DNA of 64,000 nucleotides from Saccharopolyspora gloriosae (GTDB lineage Bacteria; Actinomycetota; Actinomycetes; Mycobacteriales; Pseudonocardiaceae): NCBI RefSeq assembly GCF_022828475.1, contig NZ_CP059557.1, positions 2,463,470 to 2,527,469 of the forward strand, read 5' to 3'. Shown piece by piece: positions 29,925 to 37,419 of this stretch (position 1 is its first letter; each line of letters starts with the position of its first letter). The notes under the pieces were generated by a model. It saw only the letters and a program-made list of their open reading frames with translations, ran no database searches and was not told where the DNA came from. The position numbers and the translations under genes were made by a program.

Positions 29925-31049
29925 GTGTTGAAGTGCGCGGCTTCCGGCGAGCGACTCGGTACCTCCGCGATGGTTCTCGCGACGAGGCCGAATGATCGGC
30001 TCCGCGGGTCCTCGCCCGTTCGCGGTCACGAGATCCCGGGAATCGAGGTCACCGAAATCCCGGCGGGCATGTGGTTGCGGTCGAGCCGCGTCCGTGGCGT
30101 CCGCGCCGACCTCACGATGCCGGTGATGGGGCGGTGGCCCGCGATCGTGGTGGGCGCACCGGGCGAGGCGAGCCCGGAGGTCAACGACTGCGCCCGGCTC
30201 GTGAACTCGCTGCCGGAGCCTCGGCGGACGAACTTCGGGCTGGTCGTTTACGGGTGGGAGCCGACCTCGGCGCGGCCGTTCGCGCAACGGCTCGCCGAGC
30301 GATTGCAACGTCCCGTGCACCACTACCACGGCATGCCGTTCCACACCGCGAACGGAACGAGGGACGAACGTGTCATCACCTCCGCCGGTCGACGCACCTG
30401 GCGGCCGTTCATCCACTTGAGCGTGCACCGGCCGGGCTGCCCGCCGGTGCCGCGCGAATGGAGGTGCCCGGCTCCGGGGCTGGTGCCCGACGGGATCGGG
30501 AGCTATCGGCTGGCGGCCGGCTGGATGGTCGACGTGCTCGCGTCCGGTCTGCTGATCCGGCCCGTCGGCACGGTGCCGGATTCGGTGGTGGAGCTGATCC
30601 CGCCTCATCCCGGGCACGTCAACCTCGTGCTCGCGGCCGTTCCGCCGCCGACGGTGCTGCCCGCGGTGGAACGGATGGTGAATTCGTTGCCTGCGGCGGC
30701 GCGTTCGCGGATCCGGCTGGTCGCGGCATCGGGCGTCGATCCCGCCGGGCTCGGAGGACTCGTCCGGGCGTTGCACGTCGAAGTGCACGCGTTGGGGAAG
30801 GCGGGCCGGAAATGGCCGTCGCTCGTGCGCCGCTTCGTCCGACCGGCGCCGGGCGGGGGCATCGGCGAGCCGCGGGAGGGATGGGCCTGCGGGAGCTGCG
30901 ACACCAACAACCTCGGCGGGGTCGCGGTCTGCCGCAGGTGCCGACGTGGACGAGACGGCACCGCATCGAAGGCCGGGCCGAGCTCGGACCAACCGAATGG
31001 ACAGCGCTACGGCGGTCCGGTCACGGACTCGCCCGACGGAAAGGTGTGA
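29925..31049 (+). CDS. hypothetical protein with C-terminal zinc-ribbon (CxxC-x10-CxxC)
   Basis: 374 aa from GTG 29925 preceded by strong GAGGGGAGGGGA; C-terminal WACGSCDTNNLGGVAVCRRCRRG; no other recognisable domain; 6 nt upstream of SPFH gene. Confidence 0.55.
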   Translation: MLKCAASGERLGTSAMVLATRPNDRLRGSSPVRGHEIPGIEVTEIPAGMWLRSSRVRGVRADLTMPVMGRWPAIVVGAPGEASPEVNDCARLVNSLPEPRRTNFGLVVYGWEPTSARPFAQRLAERLQRPVHHYHGMPFHTANGTRDERVITSAGRRTWRPFIHLSVHRPGCPPVPREWRCPAPGLVPDGIGSYRLAAGWMVDVLASGLLIRPVGTVPDSVVELIPPHPGHVNLVLAAVPPPTVLPAVERMVNSLPAAARSRIRLVAASGVDPAGLGGLVRALHVEVHALGKAGRKWPSLVRRFVRPAPGGGIGEPREGWACGSCDTNNLGGVAVCRRCRRGRDGTASKAGPSSDQPNGQRYGGPVTDSPDGKV

Positions 31050-31055
31050 CTTGCC

Positions 31056-32807
31056 GTGCCTTATTACGTTGTACTCCTCTGCACCGTCGTGGTGTCCGTG
31101 TGGACGGGTGTATCCGTGCGCCGGGTGCCGACCGGTCATGTTGGCCTCGTTCGCCGGAGGTACGGGTGGTCTCGGGAAGCGAAGGACTTCCGGGTGCGCG
31201 TCCACGGCGGCATCGGCCCGCAGGCCGCCATCCTCAAATCCGATCGCATGTACTTCCTGCCGATTCCGTTCTACCGGGTCACCTACGTGCGGCAGACGTA
31301 CGTGCCGCCGGGAACGATCGGCGTAGTCGTGGCGAAGGAGGGCGCCGTCCCGCCGGCTCGGCCGTTGTGCGAGCACGTTGAGAGCGACCACTTCCAGGAC
31401 GGGCGCGCGTTCCTGCTCAACGGTGGGCAGATGGGCCGGCAGCCCGCCGTGCTGCACGGCGGGGCGTCCTACGACATCAACCCGTGGATCTTCGACGTGA
31501 CCACCACCGAGAACATCGGTGCGGGCAAGCACGATCTCGTCGCGGAACACCTGAAGGAGATCACCGTCCGGGAGGGCAACACGGGTGTTGTGATCGCGTT
31601 GGACGGCGAGGCGCCGGAGGACGGGGAAAACCCCGTGGGGCCGAGGATTCCCGGACATCTGGGCTTCCGCCACCCCTGGGTGTTCCTCGCCAACGGTGGC
31701 CACCGCGGCGCCCAGGAGGAGACGCTCAGCCATGGCGTGTACGCGATCAACCCGTGGTTCGCGAGGATCGTGTTCATCCCGACCCGCGTGCTCATCCTGA
31801 ACTGGCGCAAGAAGGGCGACAAGGACGCGAGCCGCTACGACGCGGCGCTGGACCGGATCACCGTCAACGTCGAAGGGCACCGGCTGAGCACCGACATGTC
31901 GCAGCTCATCCAGATCCCGGAGCGGGCGGCGCCGGCACTGGTCGGGTGCTTCGGCGAGAGCGAACGCGCGGTGCTCGGCGTCGGTGGTGACGCGGACCTG
32001 AGTCCGGTGCAGCGCTTCGTCAAGCGAGTGCTCGGTCGCACCGTCGAGGGCTTCTTCCAGAACACCGCCGTGGAGTACGAGGTCCTCGAGTTCCTGGAGA
32101 ACCACAACGAGGTGTCCCAGCAGCTCGAGGCGAAAGTCCGCCAGGCACTCGCCGAGTGGGACGTGGACGCGATTCGCGTGACGATGAACGAGTTCGAGCC
32201 GGAGGACACCGGAATCGACCAGTTCCGGCGGGAGATCGCACGGGAGCGCGACCGAAAGCGCCCGCTCGAGTACCGGGTGGCGAACGCCGAGATCGAGGCT
32301 CGGATCGAAAAGGTGCTGATCGCCATCGCTCGCGACCGCGGCAAGCTGGCGACCGCCGAACTGGAGGACGAGATCCGGCTCCTGGGCGCCGACCCGGTGG
32401 CGTTCGAGCGGCTGATCGGGAAGCTGGTGGAGATGAAGGTGCCGGAGTTCATCGGAGCCGACACCGGAACCCTGCTGAACATGCCGCTTCCCGCCGTCGG
32501 GAGGCTGATCGAAAAGCACTTCTCCGGCGCGGGACGCGGAACCGGCGCCCTGCTCCCAGAGGACGCTTCGATCCCGGGAGATCAGCCGAACGCGACGGCG
32601 GATTCCCGTTCCCCGCAGGAATTTTCCGACGAGCCGCGGAGCCGGAGGAGCCGGGTGCGGGGCAGCGCCGGATCCATTGTGGATAGTACTCCCGATTCGG
32701 GTGGATCCGAGCCCGCGGCGGCGGGTGCCCGCGTACGCGGAATGGAGAAGTTCCGCGAGCAGCGCGACTCGAGGCACCTGCCGCGGTCCGGGACCGACGA
32801 TGCGTGA
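31056..32807 (+). CDS. SPFH/Band-7 (flotillin-like) domain protein
   Basis: 583 aa; N-terminal TM, SPFH core (GHVGLV...), long coiled-coil/charged region (EIARERDRKRPLEYRVANAEIEARIEKVLIAIARDRGKLATAELEDEIR) typical of flotillins; stop overlaps PP2C start. Confidence 0.7.
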   Translation: MPYYVVLLCTVVVSVWTGVSVRRVPTGHVGLVRRRYGWSREAKDFRVRVHGGIGPQAAILKSDRMYFLPIPFYRVTYVRQTYVPPGTIGVVVAKEGAVPPARPLCEHVESDHFQDGRAFLLNGGQMGRQPAVLHGGASYDINPWIFDVTTTENIGAGKHDLVAEHLKEITVREGNTGVVIALDGEAPEDGENPVGPRIPGHLGFRHPWVFLANGGHRGAQEETLSHGVYAINPWFARIVFIPTRVLILNWRKKGDKDASRYDAALDRITVNVEGHRLSTDMSQLIQIPERAAPALVGCFGESERAVLGVGGDADLSPVQRFVKRVLGRTVEGFFQNTAVEYEVLEFLENHNEVSQQLEAKVRQALAEWDVDAIRVTMNEFEPEDTGIDQFRREIARERDRKRPLEYRVANAEIEARIEKVLIAIARDRGKLATAELEDEIRLLGADPVAFERLIGKLVEMKVPEFIGADTGTLLNMPLPAVGRLIEKHFSGAGRGTGALLPEDASIPGDQPNATADSRSPQEFSDEPRSRRSRVRGSAGSIVDSTPDSGGSEPAAAGARVRGMEKFREQRDSRHLPRSGTDDA

Positions 32808-33876
32808 GCGGCGACGCGGCCGAGCAGGCCCGGCGACCACGGGACCCGTCCTGGCCGCGATCACCCCGCGCACCGCGGTGTGGCACCACTGGAGTCCGGG
32901 CCTGCTCGCCCTCGGGGTGTGGACGGAGAAGGCTGCGGACAAAGGGGAGGACGCCGAGCCGCTCGTCCTCCACGACCGGTCGCAGGACACGGGACTCCTC
33001 GCGGTGTTCGACGGCGTGGGAGGAGCCGGAGCCGGCGTGGGCCGTACGGCGCAGGGGATCGAACGCAGCAATGCCTGGGTGGGATCCCGTGTCGCACGAG
33101 GGCTGGCCGAGGACTGGTTCGCCACGACCGGACGGCACGACTCGCCCGAGGCCGAGCACTCGCTGGACCGGCACCTCGCGCGGCGGCTCGGCGAGCTGCG
33201 CGGGGCACGTCGGGGCCGGATCAGCGGTTCGATGCGCCGCGACCTCCCGACGACCGCTGCCGCGGTGCACTACGCGGTGCGCGCGGGCGAGGTGGTGTGG
33301 GAGGTGCTCTGGGCCGGGGATTCGCGGTGCTACGTGCTCGAATCGGGGCGCGGCCTGCAGCAGCTCAGCCGGGACGACACGGAATCGGACGACGCCTTGA
33401 CGCTGCTGACGCAGGACCCGCCGATGACCAACATGGTGTGCGCGAACCGGCCGTTCACCATCCATTCGGTTCCGGGGCGGGCCGCGACCCCGTGCCTGCT
33501 CGTCTGCGCCACGGACGGCTTCTTCGGCTACCTGGACACGCCTGCCGAGTTCGAGTTCGTGCTGCTGGACGCGCTGGCGAACGCAGGCGATGTGGGGGAG
33601 TGGAGCGCGCTGCTGGCGAGCTCGGTCAGCTCCTACACCGGTGACGACGCGTCGATCGCCGTGGTGGCGCTGGGATACGACAGGTTCGACGAGCTGCGCG
33701 CCGCGTTCGCCAGACGACGGAGGGAACTGCTGACCGGGCACGTCAAGCCCGTCCGGCGGCGCTCCGACCGGGAGTCGCTCGTAGCGGCCCGAGCGGAGTC
33801 CTGGAGCCGGTACCGCGGGCACTACGAGCGGCGGATGCCGAGCCGCGAAGGGGACCGGGATCGTGAAACAGGGTGA
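32800..33876 (+). CDS. PP2C-family Ser/Thr protein phosphatase
   Basis: 358 aa; LLAVFDGVGGAGAG metal-binding motif, C-terminal GDDASIAVVAL motif; ATG 32800 overlaps SPFH stop. Confidence 0.8.
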   Translation: MRERRRGRAGPATTGPVLAAITPRTAVWHHWSPGLLALGVWTEKAADKGEDAEPLVLHDRSQDTGLLAVFDGVGGAGAGVGRTAQGIERSNAWVGSRVARGLAEDWFATTGRHDSPEAEHSLDRHLARRLGELRGARRGRISGSMRRDLPTTAAAVHYAVRAGEVVWEVLWAGDSRCYVLESGRGLQQLSRDDTESDDALTLLTQDPPMTNMVCANRPFTIHSVPGRAATPCLLVCATDGFFGYLDTPAEFEFVLLDALANAGDVGEWSALLASSVSSYTGDDASIAVVALGYDRFDELRAAFARRRRELLTGHVKPVRRRSDRESLVAARAESWSRYRGHYERRMPSREGDRDRETG

Positions 33877-34870
33877 TGTCATCCACGGGTACCGCATCCT
33901 CGGCAAGCCCACGAACACCGATGCGGGCAAGTGCCTGTGGACGTTCGCGGAGAAGGACGGCCGAGAGTTCTTCATCAAGGAATTCCTCGACCCTCGGCGC
34001 CCCCGCCCGAACTTCATGGGCAGCCCCGAGGACCGGCGGGCGATCGAGGCGCAGTGCGACGAGTTCGAGCTCCGGCACCGGTCGGTCAACGAACGGATCG
34101 ATCCGAAACACCTGCACGCCGGGAACCTGGTCGTCCCGCTCGACTTCTTCGCCGAGGGAAGCCGCTACTACAAGGTGACCGCGCGAGTGCACCCGACCGA
34201 TCTGCGGGAGCCGCAGGAGCTCACGCCCTACGGGAAGCGAGTGCTGCTCGGCACGCTGGCGGACAGCCTGTGGTACCTGCACTCCTTGCGCATCGTGCAC
34301 GGCGACCTCAAGCCGCAGAACGTGCTGGTGCACCGGCCGGACGGGAGTGACCTGCACACGGCCAAGCTGATCGACTTCGACGACGCGTTCCCCTCCGGTT
34401 CGCCGCCGGATCCCATGTTGATCGGCGGCGACCCCCGGTACGGAGCACCGGAATGGGTCGGATACGTGCGCGGTGAACCGGAGGTCGGTCCCGAGCAGCT
34501 GACGATCGCGGCCGACATGTTCGCGTTCGGCCTGGTGGCGCACACCTACCTGACGGGCGGGCCGCCGGGTTTCGACGCGCGGCACGGTTCCCCCGCCGAA
34601 GCGGTGAACGCGGGCGAACGGCTCGTGTTCGACGACCGGCTGGATCCGGAGCTCGTGGAGGTGCTGCACGCGCTGGCCGACGTGCGGCCGACCGCGCGGC
34701 CGACCATCGGACATGTCCAGGAACTGTTGGAGCACGAGGAGAAACTCGCGTTCCGGCGAATCACAACGGAAAGCCGGCGAGGCACGGGAAGGCGCTCGCG
34801 AGTCCGGATCAATCTTGACGGGCGTGCACCGAAAGCCGAATTCGGACGAACAGGGGAGAAGCGGAAATGA
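33863..34870 (+). CDS. Ser/Thr protein kinase
   Basis: 335 aa; catalytic loop HGDLKPQNVL, IDFD (DFG-equivalent), APE motif GAPEW; GTG start overlaps PP2C 3' end by 14 nt. Confidence 0.85.
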   Translation: MKQGDVIHGYRILGKPTNTDAGKCLWTFAEKDGREFFIKEFLDPRRPRPNFMGSPEDRRAIEAQCDEFELRHRSVNERIDPKHLHAGNLVVPLDFFAEGSRYYKVTARVHPTDLREPQELTPYGKRVLLGTLADSLWYLHSLRIVHGDLKPQNVLVHRPDGSDLHTAKLIDFDDAFPSGSPPDPMLIGGDPRYGAPEWVGYVRGEPEVGPEQLTIAADMFAFGLVAHTYLTGGPPGFDARHGSPAEAVNAGERLVFDDRLDPELVEVLHALADVRPTARPTIGHVQELLEHEEKLAFRRITTESRRGTGRRSRVRINLDGRAPKAEFGRTGEKRK

Positions 34871-35574
34871 TCCAGACCAGCCAGATCAGTACAGGAATGC
34901 AGTATTCGGTCGACATCGTGCTGTGCATCGACACCACCGGCAGCATGGGACCCATTCTGGAGCACGTCAAGGAGAACGCGCTGTCGTTCCACGACCAGCT
35001 CGGTTCGGCCATGGCGAGCAAGGGACGGAGCATCAGCCAGCTGCGGTTGAAGGTCATCGCGTTCCGGGATTTCGCGGACCGAGCCGAAGACGCCGTTCAC
35101 CAGACCGACTTCCTCCCCTTCCCGGACCGTGCACCCGACTTCGAGTCCTTCGTAGGCGGCCTGCGCTCCGCCGGTGGGGGCGACGCGCCCGAGTCGGGGC
35201 TGGAGGCGCTGGCGCTCGCGATCGGATCGGAGTGGGAGCGCGGGCTCGACCGGCGGCGGCACGTGATCGTGCTGTTCACCGACGCGCCCGCGCATCCGCT
35301 CGGTTCGCCGAGCCAGGTGCAGGCGGCGGGCTATCCGCAGTCCGTCCCGCGGTCGATGGACGCGTTGTTCCAGCAGTGGGGTTTCGCGCACAGCCAGGAC
35401 GCGCTCATGGAGAACTCGGCGAAGCGGCTGTTGCTGTTCGCCCCGGAGAGCGAGCCGTGGGTGGACATCTCGGAGGACTGGAACAACTGCCTGTACTTCC
35501 CGTCCAACGCGGGAGAGGGACTCGAAGAGTGGGAAATGGACGAGATCATCAACTCCATCGCCAACAGTCTTTGA
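34867..35574 (+). CDS. von Willebrand factor type A (vWA, TerY-like) domain protein
   Basis: 235 aa; MIDAS motif DIVLCIDTTGSM and downstream T/D residues; ATGA overlap with kinase gene. Confidence 0.8.
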   Translation: MIQTSQISTGMQYSVDIVLCIDTTGSMGPILEHVKENALSFHDQLGSAMASKGRSISQLRLKVIAFRDFADRAEDAVHQTDFLPFPDRAPDFESFVGGLRSAGGGDAPESGLEALALAIGSEWERGLDRRRHVIVLFTDAPAHPLGSPSQVQAAGYPQSVPRSMDALFQQWGFAHSQDALMENSAKRLLLFAPESEPWVDISEDWNNCLYFPSNAGEGLEEWEMDEIINSIANSL

Positions 35575-35691
35575 GGGCGCCTTTCAAGGGGCCTGCGTGG
35601 GTGTCCGGCTAGCGGAACCTCGGCGGCTTGCTCGCCGCCGCTCGCCGGTGTGGCCGCGATGCCCGATGTATGCCGATAGGCGGCGAAATCG

Positions 35692-35780
35692 CCGTCCTCG
35701 CGAGGAAGCCGCTGAGGACCCGCCGGTGGTCGGCCTGGCTCGGCTCCGCCGCCGACGAGACGAAGAACAAGAACCGGGTT
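35692..35780 (+). repeat. dispersed ~100-nt intergenic repeat, copy C (shorter/diverged 3' half)
   Basis: GCCGTCCTCGCGAGGAAGCCGCTGAGGACCCGCCGGTGGTCGGCCTGGCTCGGCTCCGCCGCCGACGAGACGAAGAACAAGAACC; first ~45 nt near-identical to copies A/B, remainder recognisably related. Confidence 0.55.
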
Positions 35781-35808
35781 GCAAGAACTCCTGAAGGGGC
35801 GGTGTGGC

Positions 35809-36678
35809 ATGTGGTTGCGACGGCGAGGTGGCAAGGGGCGGAAGATGGATTCGGGGTCGGAGCGCTCCTGCGACTTGCGCGTGCGCGGTGGGTCGGGAGT
35901 GCACGTGTCGCCGTGGGAGGAAGAGATCGAGGATTCTGACCGGGCCGGCTTCCTGTTGGAAGGGGACGGGATCGTACTTCGCTTGCGCGACGGGCGAATC
36001 GACATCCGGGAAACCCGCGGCCGGCGGGCGAACGTCCGGCTGAGCGTCCCGGTCGACACGTGCGTCGCAGCGGGCATCGAGGAGGCCCGGGCGGCGGACG
36101 GTTCGGCGGGGCTCCGGCTCGAACTGGAGGTGGAGATCTGGACGTTCTCCCGCGTGCCCACGACTTTCTCGTTGCGGTTCCCGGCCGAGCACCGGTACCG
36201 GCTCGCCGAGTTCGTGCACCTGCTCAGCTGGTCGGCTTCGCCACTGCCGATGTCGTGGACCCGAGCGGATCCGCCCGCTCCCGGCGAACCGCCGGGGCGG
36301 CGCGGCCCGTGGCCGCAGCCGACGGCGTCCATGCAGCCGCGTTTCGACACGGCCGACCTACACGGGTGGGGCGCCCCCGAGCAGTCGCACACCGAGCAGG
36401 CCGACCTTCACGGGTGGGGCGCCCCCGGGCGGCCCCTGCCGGATGACCGCCTGCCGGCCACGACCTCGGTGCCGGACCAAACCGCGGAACTGCGGGATTC
36501 CCCTTCGCAGGCACGGGTTTTCGATGTGAGCGGCGCATCGCCGACCTTCGGGAAGCTGCTCGTGACTGGAGTCCCGGACACCGGGGAATGGCTGAGCTTC
36601 CACCCGCTGCCCAGCAGTGCGGAGGTCTACGCGTTCCAGCCGCAGGGGGACTCGGACCCCGTGAACTCGGGTCGTTGA
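35809..36678 (+). CDS. hypothetical protein with internal 16-aa tandem repeat (ADLHGWGAP...)
   Basis: 289 aa from ATG 35809 (GAAGGGG 9 nt upstream); contains a 48-nt perfect-ish tandem duplication; no domain recognised; same strand as the preceding operon. Confidence 0.45.
   Translation: MWLRRRGGKGRKMDSGSERSCDLRVRGGSGVHVSPWEEEIEDSDRAGFLLEGDGIVLRLRDGRIDIRETRGRRANVRLSVPVDTCVAAGIEEARAADGSAGLRLELEVEIWTFSRVPTTFSLRFPAEHRYRLAEFVHLLSWSASPLPMSWTRADPPAPGEPPGRRGPWPQPTASMQPRFDTADLHGWGAPEQSHTEQADLHGWGAPGRPLPDDRLPATTSVPDQTAELRDSPSQARVFDVSGASPTFGKLLVTGVPDTGEWLSFHPLPSSAEVYAFQPQGDSDPVNSGR
36352..36428 (+). repeat. 48-nt tandem duplication inside hypothetical gene
   Basis: GCCGACCTACACGGGTGGGGCGCCCCCGAGCAG ... 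GCCGACCTTCACGGGTGGGGCGCCCCCGGGCGG, period 48 nt, encoding ADLHGWGAP(E/G) twice. Confidence 0.7.
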
Positions 36679-36897
36679 CGCTCCTGTCCCGCCACAGGTG
36701 AGACCGACCTGCCGGGGGAAGGAGCTCGCGCGCACCGGGGGGACAACCCTACCGGGAAGGGGCGGCCAGCCCCGCGGAACAAGCGGGGCCACCCCGGCGA
36801 GCGGAGGGACAGCACCGCCGATTCCCGCACCGAAAATCGGCAGCATTCCTGCTAGACGGGCGGATTCCCCAGATCCGCTGCGGCGAAGGGATGCGAA

Positions 36898-37398
36898 ATG
36901 ACCACCATTGATGGTGTCATCGACGAGCACGGTGCGGCGCTGCTCTCCTACGTCACCCGGATCACCGGCGATCGATACCTGGCCGAGGACGTCGTGCAGG
37001 AGACCTGGTTGCGCGCGTGGCGCAACATCGACCGCCTGGAGAACGGGACGGGATCGGTCCGGGGCTGGTTGCTGCGGGTCGCGCACAACGTGGCCATCGA
37101 CCTCCACCGAGGCAGGCGTGCCCGTCCGGCGGAGGTCGGCATCGAGGGCGACGAACTGGCGGACATCGCGGTGCAGGCCCAGCACAGCGACGAGGTGGAG
37201 AACCGCGTGGTCGTAGACGAGCTGCTCGACCGCCTCTCCCCGGTGCACCGCCGGGCGGTGATCGAGGTCTACTTCATCGACCGCACCACGAAGTCCGCGG
37301 CCTCCGAGCTCGGGGTTCCGGTCGGCACCGTGAAGAGCCGGTTGCACAACGCCCTCCGGGTGCTGCGCGAACCGCGGCTCGCCCGGGAAGCCGTGTGA
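36898..37398 (+). CDS. ECF-subfamily RNA polymerase sigma-70 factor
   Basis: 166 aa; region 2 (DVVQETWLRAWR), region 4 HTH (AASELGVPVGTVKSRLHNAL). Confidence 0.9.
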   Translation: MTTIDGVIDEHGAALLSYVTRITGDRYLAEDVVQETWLRAWRNIDRLENGTGSVRGWLLRVAHNVAIDLHRGRRARPAEVGIEGDELADIAVQAQHSDEVENRVVVDELLDRLSPVHRRAVIEVYFIDRTTKSAASELGVPVGTVKSRLHNALRVLREPRLAREAV

Positions 37399-37419
37399 TC
37401 GGATGAGCGCGCACGGCGG

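Noticed and set aside
29775-33125. 1116-aa minus-strand ORF
   Set aside because: Antisense to four well-supported plus-strand genes (Zn-ribbon, SPFH, PP2C, kinase); Arg/Pro/Gly/His-rich low-complexity translation typical of a GC-rich frame artefact.
36740-36898. ECF-type promoter (GGAAC...CGTT) upstream of the sigma factor gene
   Set aside because: A GGAAC is present (~36773) but no CGTT/CGTC -10 at the appropriate 16-17-nt spacing; not supportable.
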